From: an uncultured Chlamydiae bacterium
GTDB taxonomy: Bacteria > Chlamydiota > Chlamydiia > Chlamydiales > Parachlamydiaceae
Length of the DNA: 54,155 nt
Direction: 5' to 3'
Assembly: GCA_963830365.1 (NCBI GenBank)
Contig: CAWHMU010000034.1
Location: forward strand, 1-54,155
Part shown: positions 1 to 8,744 of the stretch, one piece after another
Numbering within the stretch: the first letter of the stretch is position 1
How the letters are laid out: every line of letters starts with the position of its first letter
Program-made: the position numbers and the translations under genes
Notes under the pieces: model-generated
Told to the model about the DNA's origin: nothing
Seen by the model: only the letters and a program-made list of their open reading frames with translations
Database searches by the model: none

Positions 1-1206
1 TCATCCGGTTAATGAGTGCTTTTGCTCATGAAGATGGAGGAGTCTTAATTTAAAATATTCCATATCTCGAAATCCGTATGCTTGACGTGACATAGTCTTA
101 ATTTTGTTATTGATCCCTTCGATTTTTCCATTGCTTATCCGATGCTTGAAATAGTTGACTAAGCCCTTAGCATGTCCTAAAAGAGTCCTTCCAACCTTAA
201 TTAATGGCTCAAGACCGCTCTCAAATACATCCCAAAGCCAACGCAAAAGAAAACTCGAAGCATTCTGCTGAGAAGATTGTTCCCAGAAGAGTCGAAATTG
301 CTCCTTTAGCGTATGGGCAATAAGGAGAGGGGCATTGACATCGAGAAGAGCCTGCAATCCCTCTTGTGCTGACTTGTCAAGTGCATTGTAATTCCTGAGT
401 AGGAGAAATCGTTTCCCTTTCACAACCTTCCGCGATGTTTGATCAAGACTGTTCTGCTGCTGCCTTCGAATCTCATCTAAGGCTTTATTTATTAGAGCAT
501 CCACATGAAAGTGATCAAATACAATGTCTACTTTTGGCAGAATTGATGTTACGGCTGATGCATAAGGACCACTCATATCCATGGCGATCGCCTTAAGACT
601 TTTTGCTTTTGCAGCCAATTCTCTGAGGAATGGGGTCACATCATGTTTTGATCTACCCTCAATGGCATGAAGAATACGACCTGTTCGAATGTCGACAAAA
701 ATCGTCATATAGTTATGGCCTTTACGTATGCTAAATTCATCGATGCTTAAAAATTCCAGCTCACCAAAAGGGATCTCTTGATACTTTCTCTTCAGATGGT
801 CCTTATGGATGTTTTTAACTAGGTCCCAACCTACTCCGAGAAATCGTGCAACTCCTAAAATCGTGCCTATTGCAATAAGACAGAGGACGTACTCTACAAA
901 GGCTTGAACCATTCGTTGTTTTCCGGGAACAAAGTCCGGTACCGGCCAAGAACACTTACCGCAATCATGACAAGAAATTCTATTCAAAGTGAGATACAAA
1001 AAGCATGGCATTTTTCCCCAAGGAACCATGCGCAGTTTTCTACACTTTTGCCCACGAAAACATACATTGTTTCCCCCGCATTTTGGACAAGAGGGATTAT
1101 TTCGAGAGCTTTCGGCGTGAAAAATGATCTTCTCACCCGCGTACTCCGTTGAATGGCACTCGACATTTTTAATTCCGAACAGATACAATAAAGTTGCAGT
1201 AGACAT
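1..1206 (-). CDS. ISL3-family transposase
   Basis: 401 aa. CPKC...CHDC zinc finger, SIDEFSIRKGH, IAMDMS, IVFDHFHV and EGINNKIK..RQAYGFR motifs typical of ISL3. Confidence 0.95.
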   Translation of the reverse strand: MSTATLLYLFGIKNVECHSTEYAGEKIIFHAESSRNNPSCPKCGGNNVCFRGQKCRKLRMVPWGKMPCFLYLTLNRISCHDCGKCSWPVPDFVPGKQRMVQAFVEYVLCLIAIGTILGVARFLGVGWDLVKNIHKDHLKRKYQEIPFGELEFLSIDEFSIRKGHNYMTIFVDIRTGRILHAIEGRSKHDVTPFLRELAAKAKSLKAIAMDMSGPYASAVTSILPKVDIVFDHFHVDALINKALDEIRRQQQNSLDQTSRKVVKGKRFLLLRNYNALDKSAQEGLQALLDVNAPLLIAHTLKEQFRLFWEQSSQQNASSFLLRWLWDVFESGLEPLIKVGRTLLGHAKGLVNYFKHRISNGKIEGINNKIKTMSRQAYGFRDMEYFKLRLLHLHEQKHSLTG

Positions 1207-1299
1207 GATTTTCTCCCGGTGTGGTAACCAAGAGACAAATTATTGTTTACTGCATTTTATTATCTACCCTCTTTTATGTACCGATTTGCCGGATGAACC
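1..1299 (-). mobile_element. ISL3-family insertion sequence (first few bases of one end lie outside the window)
   Basis: Contains an ISL3 transposase. The end at 1279-1299 (..GATTTGCCGGATGAACC) is inverted to the window start TCATCCGG.., and the stop codon lies inside the TIR as in the copy at 25281. Confidence 0.9.
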
Positions 1300-1300
1300 A

Positions 1301-2263
1301 AAAATATTTTCGTTAATCGCATTGGGATCCATCTCACTAGTTTCTGCAGATCAATATGGTCAACCTTACGGTTACCAATCAGGCTCTTCCTGCACTAACG
1401 GTTCGTGCTCACAAGGCCAATACAATAGCGGCTATTACCAGGGACAACCAAGTAATAGCGGCTATTACCAGGGACAGCCATATAATAGCGGCTACTACCA
1501 GGGACAACCAAATAACAGTGGTTATTATCAGGGCCAATCCAATAATGCCGGAAATTATCAAGCCCAGCCAAATAATGCCGGCTATTACCAACAACCTAAT
1601 ACAGGAAATCCAAACAACGCGCAACCACAGGCACCTCGAAATCAATATAACCAAAATCAACCATCTGCCCAGCAGCAGAATTACCGTGCCTATAATCAAG
1701 GGCAACAAGCAAATGTAGACCACACTTATGCACCACAAGATGGCAACCAACCAAAAGTGGCTGCAGATCAGGAAATTGTTAAAAGCGTTCGCAATCTTCT
1801 GAGCGCAGGGGTGTTTTCGAATGGCTACCCAGATGTTACTTTTGAAGTCTATAATGGAAATGTCACCCTCAAAGGTTCTGTCGATACACTTGAGAACAAA
1901 AACACAATAGAAGCCGACGTCAAAAAAATTAACGGCGTCAATCAAGTCACTAATAAAATCACAATCGTCAAAACTAGTGCCAATGCCTATTCTGAGACGC
2001 AACTACAAGACTCAGAAAGAAAATATCCCTCTGACACTGCTGCTACGAGCAATGATAGACAGTTGAATGCTAAAATCCGCGACAAATTGAGCGGAGGTGT
2101 GTTTTCAAAAGGTTATGAATTCCTTGTGATTAAAACCACAAATGGTGTGGTTGTGATCAGCGGCACCGTTGCTAATTCTGATGATATTAAAAAAGTCACC
2201 GACAAGGTTAAAGAACTGGAAGGTGTAAAGTCAGTTAAAAACCAGTTAACGGTAAGAAAATAA
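1301..2263 (+). CDS. Exported double-BON-domain (OsmY-like) protein with Q/N/Y/G-rich linker; 5' end cut off by ISL3
   Basis: KIFSLIALGSISLVSA signal-peptide remnant starts right after the IS end. Two BON repeats (NGNVTLKGSV..INGVNQVTNKI; NGVVVISGTV..LEGVKSVKNQL). No native start codon after the IS. Confidence 0.85.
   Translation, partial: KIFSLIALGSISLVSADQYGQPYGYQSGSSCTNGSCSQGQYNSGYYQGQPSNSGYYQGQPYNSGYYQGQPNNSGYYQGQSNNAGNYQAQPNNAGYYQQPNTGNPNNAQPQAPRNQYNQNQPSAQQQNYRAYNQGQQANVDHTYAPQDGNQPKVAADQEIVKSVRNLLSAGVFSNGYPDVTFEVYNGNVTLKGSVDTLENKNTIEADVKKINGVNQVTNKITIVKTSANAYSETQLQDSERKYPSDTAATSNDRQLNAKIRDKLSGGVFSKGYEFLVIKTTNGVVVISGTVANSDDIKKVTDKVKELEGVKSVKNQLTVRK
1421..1597 (+). repeat. Intragenic 30-bp tandem repeat (~6 units) encoding xNSGYYQGQP
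   Basis: AATAGCGGCTATTACCAGGGACAACCA-like units at 30-bp period, degenerating toward the 3' end. Confidence 0.9.
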
Positions 2264-2273
2264 ACGTATTCTT

Positions 2274-2311
2274 AGGAGAAGCTGCTCTTGGCAGTTTCTC
2301 CTTTCTTTCTT
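2274..2311 (+). terminator. Intrinsic terminator of the BON gene
   Basis: AGGAGAAGCTGC-TCTTG-GCAGTTTCTCCT hairpin followed by a T-rich tract, 10 nt after the stop. Confidence 0.7.
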
Positions 2312-2336
2312 CAAAAATCATCCAAAAGAAAAAAAT

Positions 2337-2401
2337 GGCTCATCACACAAATGAGGGAGTTGCAAAAATACCGCCGATGATTCGTCAAAAAGCCTTAGTA
2401 A
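2337..2401. mobile_element. Remnant of ISL3-ended MITE-A with one MITE-D end inside its TIR
   Basis: GGCTCATCACACAAAT, then GAGGGAGTTGCAAAAA (same as 21655), then GATGATTCGTCAAAAAGCCTTAGTAA (same as ~3981-4006). Confidence 0.7.
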
Positions 2402-2635
2402 CAGTTCCGACCGGCCTCTACTGGGATACTGCCGACCATGGTTCACGCTTCAATGGATGCGGCAAGGTCATGAATGGAGCTGCCATCAGCCAGCTGGACA
2501 AGTACTCAAAAGATTAAACCGATAGCCAGTGCCAGCACATATAGCTTTTTTTTTACGCTGTTCCACATTGAATATCCAATCAATTTCTGTTATTGTCTTC
2601 TCCCACTACAACAAAAATAATTCCCTAGGACACTA

Positions 2636-3808
2636 ATGAATGACTTTTTTAGCATAATAATAGCTGCCATCTCTTTTTCCATTTTAAACTTCAATGCCAT
2701 TGAAGCCGCTGATCACAAGACTGCCACCCGCGCCGCCATCGACTTCGGTTCAGGTTCGGTTAAGATCCAGGTGAATGTTGTCGACCTCGATGACAACAGT
2801 CTCTCAGGGCAGCCGCTGCTGACCAAATACATTCCCCTCAACCTGACGGAAGATGTCGCCACGCATGGCGATTGCATCAGCCCAGCCATGCAACAACAGG
2901 CTTTCAGCATCCTCAGCAAACTTAAACAGGAGGCCCTTACGGCCTCAACGCAAACCGGAAATACCCCCTTGCATTTCGAAGGCATCGCCACCGCCGTCTT
3001 CCGCGATGCCAGAAACGGGACCGCCCTTATCAAAGACTTTGAAGAAAAACTCGGCATCCGCTTTCAAATCCTCTCCCAGGATGATGAAGGCATATTGGGG
3101 TTCATCACCGCCCACGCCCTCTTTGCCAATACTCCCCAAGAAAAACTTTTAGCCTGGGACAGCGGCAACGGCAGCTTCCAGATGACCGCTAAAAATAATG
3201 ACGCCTATCAAGTTTATCAAGGACCGGTCGGCTATGGTGTCGCACGCGTCTTCCTCTCCAAAGATATCCGCAAAGGCCCTGTCCTGCTGCCGCATCAGTC
3301 GGGCAATCCCGTCTTGCCGGCCGAAACCCTGGAACTGAAACGGCGCATCTGCCAAACCCTGCCGCCCACGCCGGCATGGCTTAAGGATATACTCGAGTCA
3401 AACGATGTCGTCATCGCCACCTTCGGTGATGGCGAATCCTTGGTCGGCATCGTCGCTAATGTCCTTTCAGCAGCCAAAAGAATTACCGATCCCGCCCACG
3501 ATGCCTTGATCTCGCTTGCCGACGTGCATTGGATGGCTGACAAGTATCAGGGATGCACCGACCAGGATTTCGACAGGATTGGCATCCACCGTGAAGCTTT
3601 CATGAGCGCCCTGCTGCTCTCGGCCTTTATGGAGCATTTCGGCATCACGAAAATCCACTATCAACACTCCGTCGGCAGCACCCCCGGCATGCTGCTGCTG
3701 CCGAAGCTGTGGCTGCTGTCGCTTTGGCAAACCCCCTCGAAATGGGTGTTGGCCTATAGCATAGGGCACAATCAAAATTCCATTAACCTAATGAAAAATA
3801 CAGCGTAG
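2636..3808 (+). CDS. Ppx/GppA-family (ASKHA fold) phosphatase-like protein with N-terminal signal
   Basis: RAAIDFGSGSVK, GIATAVFRDARNG, ILSQDDEGILGF and WDSGNGSFQ motifs; hydrophobic N-terminus. Confidence 0.75.
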   Translation: MNDFFSIIIAAISFSILNFNAIEAADHKTATRAAIDFGSGSVKIQVNVVDLDDNSLSGQPLLTKYIPLNLTEDVATHGDCISPAMQQQAFSILSKLKQEALTASTQTGNTPLHFEGIATAVFRDARNGTALIKDFEEKLGIRFQILSQDDEGILGFITAHALFANTPQEKLLAWDSGNGSFQMTAKNNDAYQVYQGPVGYGVARVFLSKDIRKGPVLLPHQSGNPVLPAETLELKRRICQTLPPTPAWLKDILESNDVVIATFGDGESLVGIVANVLSAAKRITDPAHDALISLADVHWMADKYQGCTDQDFDRIGIHREAFMSALLLSAFMEHFGITKIHYQHSVGSTPGMLLLPKLWLLSLWQTPSKWVLAYSIGHNQNSINLMKNTA

Positions 3809-3951
3809 GCATATGCATCAACCGAAATGATGAAATCCCCTGTGGTTGACCGGGAGAGCTTGTCAAAAAAATTCAACGCAAAGCGTGAAAGTACCTTCGC
3901 CCCCCTATCAGGAAATAACATGGAATGCAACACAGTGACACTAAAAGTTAT

Positions 3952-5086
3952 GGTTCATCGCACAAATGAATACCTGCCCATGATGATTCGTCAAAAAGCC
4001 TTAGTAATTGATGGTTGAAATATGAGAAGTAATGATCTATTTGTAATGTTCTCTTTGAAACAAATCGGCATTCTAGCACAGCAGGTCTAGTTAGCCTCGA
4101 TAGAGGCGGAAGCATGTAGCCATAGGTGTCAACCTATGGAATAAAATGTAGTATAAAGAGAGCCGTGAATACGGCGACAGCAATTTCGATGGAAGCTGAA
4201 TTAGATGCAATTATTATAGTATATACTATCCTTTAGTCATTGCTACCGCCGTATTCACGGCTTTGTTTCTAAACATGCGATTACCACACGCTGACGCATG
4301 TGGCTACATGCTTCAGCCTCTATCGAGACAATTGCATAAGTGACAATAAATTTGTTTATAACATAAATTTATTGCCTTTTCCCTAAAAAAACACGGATTT
4401 TTGGGAAAGGTTCAAAAGCAGGTAATACTCAAAAAATTTAAGATGATGGTAGGATGCCAGGAAACATCTTTTTTGCCCTTTTTCTCTCATTATGTAGCCC
4501 ACACCAAGGCGGAGGAACGGAGCCGCAGGTGTGGGAAAAAATTGTAAGTGATTAACCAGGGACTGGTTCTTCTTTTTATCTTTGGTCGAGATTAAACTTA
4601 AAGCCTTTTGAATCAAGGGCAAAAAAAAGAAGAACCAGTCCCTGGTTAGTTTATAATTCTCATTATACCCACACCTGCGGCTTCGTTCCTCCGCCTTGGT
4701 GTGGGCTACATAATGAGAGAAAAAGGGCAAAAAAGATGTTTCTTGGCCATTCTACAATCTTGTTTTTTCGTTAGTGTAACCGACATTTCTCTTTTTTTAA
4801 ACCATGCCGATTTTTGAGTATTTTGAGTGTTCTAGGATAGATTCTTTTCGATCCCGGATATGATTGGCTTCCAAAGAATCGCTGTATAACACACAAAACA
4901 CTTATGCAATTGCCTCTATCGAGGCTGTAAAAATGTTCTCATGGCTTGTGCCCTATCTCTTATATGGCAGTGCCAACTCAAATCCTTCCTTCACAGGATC
5001 GAACGTGCAATTTGCCATTATGTATGATTTATTTAACATCCTCCATTAGTTTACATATGGGGAGGTACGCGATTGTGCGATGAACC
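3952..5086. mobile_element. ISL3-ended MITE-A copy 1 (carries MITE-B insertion)
   Basis: Ends GGTTCATCGCACAAATGAATACCT / AGGTACGCGATTGTGCGATGAACC; 8-bp TSD AAAGTTAT at 3944-3951 and 5087-5094; interior homologous to 21899-22442. Confidence 0.9.
4325..4916. mobile_element. MITE-B (592 bp), non-autonomous partner of the IS at 50599
   Basis: TIRs GAGACAATTGCATAAGTG / CACTTATGCAATTGCCTC; TSD TATC at 4321-4324 and 4917-4920; internal ~290-bp palindrome 4456-4747; near-identical copy at 46226. Confidence 0.9.
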
Positions 5087-5140
5087 AAAGTTATTCGACA
5101 AGAGGGCTAGGGATGTGTAAGGCTATGGATAATTTCGTCC

Positions 5141-5392
5141 ATCAAAACATCCAGGATTTCGGAGCCTAAGTTAGCCGTGGCTACGGCGAAGGCATGTAGC
5201 CACAGGTGTAAACCCGTGGTAAACTCATCAGGAATATGAAGCCGTGGCTACGGCGATAGTTCGCTCGGAGACTCTGCCGCCTTAGCCCCGGCTTGAGGTC
5301 TTTAGCTCTCATTACCACAGGCTTACGCCATGTGCCTATATGCTTAAACCGTATTCACGGCTAATTCAAGCTTTTGTCCGGGATATTTCGAT
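5141..5392. repeat. REP-like multi-hairpin foldback repeat (family E, related to the MITE-A core)
   Basis: TTAGCCGTGGCTACGGCG..GCATGTAGCCACAGGTGTAAACCCGTGG ... CCACAGGCTTACGCCATGTG..CCGTATTCACGGCTAA; flanks match 26965-27125. Confidence 0.75.
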
Positions 5393-5469
5393 TAATGCCC
5401 TCATGTCGAAAAATAATGTGGAATGCAACGCAATGATAATATGCACCTTATAATTTGTTATTTATAAGA

Positions 5470-5585
5470 AACAGCCAAGAGGCGCAAAGGAACAAGCAGC
5501 AAATAACAGGATGCCAGGATAGTCAGGATAAACAGCCGCAAAGATAAAGACTAGCCTCCAATCATAAGACAGTGTCTTGGCTGTT
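5470..5585. repeat. Short inverted-repeat element (family G)
   Basis: AACAGCCAAGA..TCTTGGCTGTT arms; 5505-5576 is a reverse-complement match to ~10115-10182. Confidence 0.6.
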
Positions 5586-5667
5586 CCTTTGCATTGTTTT
5601 TTTGTGAACAAGCTCTTACTAACTACCACAAGATGTTTTATTTTTCAGATTGACGCATATGGAAAAT

Positions 5668-6189
5668 TTAGTCAGGACAGATCCCTAAGCCGCAATGCAG
5701 GAAGGTCGTCACGATATTTGCCAGGGCGATACAGAAAATTAGCCCGCAGGCAAACCTGCCAAAGCCGTTCGGCGGCGCAATCTCTGCCTGGCTATCTTTC
5801 GGATCATACAAGAAAAGCAATACCGCCACACCGAACACCACACACACGAAGACAAAAAACGACCAGGTATAAAGACTTAAGCCCAGCACAGGGATGCCAA
5901 AAGGCGGCGCAAAGCCCGGGCACACATGCAGGCTGATCTGCCGCAAGGCCACAAAGCCTCCGAAGATAGCACTAAGCAAACATAGACCGTAATGCGCCAT
6001 GCGCACGCCGAACCACACATTCAAAAGCGCCCCGCAAGCCACGCCCAGCATCCCCAGTCGCTGCAGCAGGCACAAAGGACAGGGCTGTTCATGGAAGATA
6101 AACTGCACGCCATAAGCGCTAAGCAAAACGCCGCCCAGCACCACGATCATCAAAGCATTCAAATCCCTTTGCCACACCGTCAGCATCAT
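5668..6189 (-). CDS. dsbB: Disulfide bond formation protein B family
   Basis: QPCPLCLLQR motif, RQISLHVCP, LGLSLYTWS; multiple TM helices. Confidence 0.85.
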   Translation of the reverse strand: MMLTVWQRDLNALMIVVLGGVLLSAYGVQFIFHEQPCPLCLLQRLGMLGVACGALLNVWFGVRMAHYGLCLLSAIFGGFVALRQISLHVCPGFAPPFGIPVLGLSLYTWSFFVFVCVVFGVAVLLFLYDPKDSQAEIAPPNGFGRFACGLIFCIALANIVTTFLHCGLGICPD

Positions 6190-6195
6190 CCATAC

Positions 6196-6351
6196 CTATA
6201 TGTTGATTTGCACAATATCTTTGGCATGCTGCCAAAACATCACCAGGCTGAGCACTAGACCAATAAAAACCAATGCCAGCGCCGCCAACCGCTGGCGCGC
6301 TAGCACCGCCGCTATCGCCAACGCAAATACCAGAAACAAACCCGCCATCAT
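6196..6351 (-). CDS. Small two-TM membrane protein upstream of dsbB (DUF5993-like)
   Basis: My translation (not in the ORF track): MMAGLFLVFALAIAAVLARQRLAALALVFIGLVLSLVMFWQHAKDIVQINI, 51 aa, ending 6 nt before the dsbB start. Confidence 0.7.
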   Translation of the reverse strand: MMAGLFLVFALAIAAVLARQRLAALALVFIGLVLSLVMFWQHAKDIVQINI

Positions 6352-6367
6352 AGAACATTCTCCTCTG

Positions 6368-7348
6368 CTATAACGACCACTTCATTTTTGATATTTCATC
6401 CCTCATCGCCTCATTATACTTTCCGGATTGCTCATCAAGCACTTGTTGTAGATATACCAAAGACGCGGTTTTGTTTGTTTCATTACCCGCCTGTTGCGCA
6501 CTAGCTATGCGGTCGATATTTTCAACAGTATGTTCGATATGCGTCCTCGTCCAGATTTTCTTTATTCTTTCAGATACCGGGGATATGGAATCAGGGACTT
6601 TGCGATCTTGAAGCACCTTCTCTAGGATACGCACGATCTTTCCGTCTTCAGCATTGCCTTCTGTGTGCACACGCTCTGTCAGTTTTTCAACTGTTTTCTT
6701 TAAAATCTCTACTGCCGAATTTGATAAACCATCGTCTTTTTTCTCTTCTGCCTCTTCACTTCCGCCATCCTGCTCTTGTGGTTGGTCAATCTTAAGGATA
6801 GCATCAACATCAGCCGTCAGCTCTTTAAAAAGGCTTAAGATTTCCTTATCATCGACATCCAGTTTGTAGGATGCCGCAACATTAGTTATCCCTTTTTTAA
6901 CATATTGCCATAAGTTTGTGATTGCTTTATCGTCCTGGCTAATAGGATACAATCTTGCAACATATGGAAGCGCGCGCTTATAATAATAAAGATCTTCTCG
7001 ACTATCACCACGCAGACGCCGCTCACTCCCCTCGGCAAATTTTTGCATAAACGTAGGTGTAATCGAAGACAAAACGCCAAAAATCGTTTTTACAGGCTCG
7101 AGCCAACCTATCCGCCTAGTCATTTTACATGGTTCTCCAATTGCACCAGCGGCACCTAACCCCATCACACAAGCTATCGGATCAAAGTGGGTATGCTTTC
7201 CCTCCTGCCCACTTTTATCAAGTAATTGCGATGGATTATGCGGAGAAGATATAACACCATAGGCTGCTTTTACAGTTTCCTTAACCACAAAACCTGCGGC
7301 CGCACTACCTGCAAGCTGCGCTGCACTCGCTGCTATACTCATTGACAT
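6368..7348 (-). CDS. Hypothetical protein (effector-like, helical C-terminal half)
   Basis: 326-aa ORF with GGAG RBS, AT-richer than its neighbours; no family recognised. Confidence 0.7.
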   Translation of the reverse strand: MSMSIAASAAQLAGSAAAGFVVKETVKAAYGVISSPHNPSQLLDKSGQEGKHTHFDPIACVMGLGAAGAIGEPCKMTRRIGWLEPVKTIFGVLSSITPTFMQKFAEGSERRLRGDSREDLYYYKRALPYVARLYPISQDDKAITNLWQYVKKGITNVAASYKLDVDDKEILSLFKELTADVDAILKIDQPQEQDGGSEEAEEKKDDGLSNSAVEILKKTVEKLTERVHTEGNAEDGKIVRILEKVLQDRKVPDSISPVSERIKKIWTRTHIEHTVENIDRIASAQQAGNETNKTASLVYLQQVLDEQSGKYNEAMRDEISKMKWSL

Positions 7349-7375
7349 AGCTAAACTCCTTAATCTGAATGATTT

Positions 7376-8173
7376 TCACCACTTAACGGTGGGAGGCATG
7401 GAACAAAGGATGGCTTCCGGATTGCCGCCAGACATAAAACCAAATTTCGTTCCTCTATCATAAAGCAAATTGAATTCCACATAATGGCCGCGCAATTGCA
7501 ACTGCCGTTCTTTATCTTCTGTATCATAGGATTGGATAACCCGTCGATGATAAATTGGCATGACTGCATTTAAAAATGTTTTGCCCACGGTCTGCCACAT
7601 TTTCAGGTCTGTCTCGAAAGCGCCTGTATTGTAATGATCGAAGAAAAGACCGCCGACCCCCCGCTCTTTTCCCCAATGCGGAATATAGAAGTATTCGCGC
7701 GCTTTCTTAGAAAACTCCTCATAGATATGCTCCCCAAAGGGCTGTAGTGAACTCTTGGCTACCTCATGGAAGTGCTGCGTGTCTTCGGCATAGGGGAAGC
7801 CCATGGGCGTTAAATCATACCCCCCGCCAAACCAGCTCTTCTCCTCCGTCTCGATATAGCGGATATTCATATGCACCGTCGGCGCATGCGGATTGGCCAT
7901 ATGCGTGATCAGACTAACGCCCGTGGCAAAAAATGGGCCTGACGCCTCCTGCATGGGGAAGGATGGGCCTGACACTCCCGACCAGTTGACGGCGGCCTTT
8001 TCAAAGATGTCGCCGCGCAATACGGCAATCTCGCCGCCACCGCCGCTATGGTGCTGCCAAGGCTTCTTTTGGAAGCGGTGCTGCGGTTCCAGTTTTTCAA
8101 AGCTATCGATTATCTCTAAGCGCAGTTCTTTTAAGAAAGCCACGATGGCGTCCCGTTTGGCTTGCGTTGTCAT
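7376..8173 (-). CDS. hemF: Oxygen-dependent coproporphyrinogen III oxidase
   Basis: FEKAAVNWS, HAPTVHMNIRY, WFGGGYDLTP, ERGVGGLFFD and YVEFNLLYDRGTKFG motifs. Confidence 0.95.
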   Translation of the reverse strand: MTTQAKRDAIVAFLKELRLEIIDSFEKLEPQHRFQKKPWQHHSGGGGEIAVLRGDIFEKAAVNWSGVSGPSFPMQEASGPFFATGVSLITHMANPHAPTVHMNIRYIETEEKSWFGGGYDLTPMGFPYAEDTQHFHEVAKSSLQPFGEHIYEEFSKKAREYFYIPHWGKERGVGGLFFDHYNTGAFETDLKMWQTVGKTFLNAVMPIYHRRVIQSYDTEDKERQLQLRGHYVEFNLLYDRGTKFGFMSGGNPEAILCSMPPTVKW

Positions 8174-8186
8174 CAATCATCCCCTA

Positions 8187-8657
8187 TTAAATGTGTACGC
8201 CCATATCAACAAATATCGGATTCACCAAGCGCAGATAGTCTTTGAATTTTATCCTTAGCATCTCTTGATGCGAACCGGCATTGAAAGCCACACTATCGTT
8301 TTCCTCCAAAATTTTGTCCACATACACTGTCAATGCTGCCAACTGACCAAACGGCGGCATGGCGCCGACTTCATACTCAGGAAATAGCTGCGCCACCTGT
8401 CCTTCAGGCACAAGATTGACAGCCTTTACCCCCAGCGCATGCCTTAACTTTTCAAAATCGATATGGTGGATGGCCGGCAGCACGCACATGGCCAATTTTT
8501 GATCGACTTTAACAATCACGGCTTTTATGACCTGCTGCCCGCTAATATGTTGCGCTTCAGCTACTTCCAGCGCCGTAAAAGCCTTGGGATGTTCCAATAG
8601 CTGATAGCTGATGCGTTCCTTATCCAAAAACTGCCTGATGTTTGCTGAAGCACTCAT
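8187..8657 (-). CDS. YbaK/EbsC aminoacyl-tRNA deacylase family protein
   Basis: VIKAVIV, EVGAMPPFG and FNAGSH motifs; 156 aa. Confidence 0.9.
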   Translation of the reverse strand: MSASANIRQFLDKERISYQLLEHPKAFTALEVAEAQHISGQQVIKAVIVKVDQKLAMCVLPAIHHIDFEKLRHALGVKAVNLVPEGQVAQLFPEYEVGAMPPFGQLAALTVYVDKILEENDSVAFNAGSHQEMLRIKFKDYLRLVNPIFVDMGVHI

Positions 8658-8744
8658 CTTTGCTCCTTAAAATATCTTTAATGTCTTTTAAATTTTACTC
8701 TATAAAAGTATACTATCGATTTTATAAGCAACGATAGATTTTTA

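Noticed and set aside
1124..1300. N-terminal extension of the BON ORF given in the track
   Set aside because: It lies inside the ISL3 element and overlaps the transposase antisense.
1421..1597. 30-bp repeats as CRISPR or non-coding array
   Set aside because: No spacers; an in-frame coding tandem repeat.
4383..4730. 115-aa ORF duplicated at 46284-46631
   Set aside because: It lies across the MITE-B palindrome with low-complexity F/K content; identity reflects the DNA repeat, not a protein.
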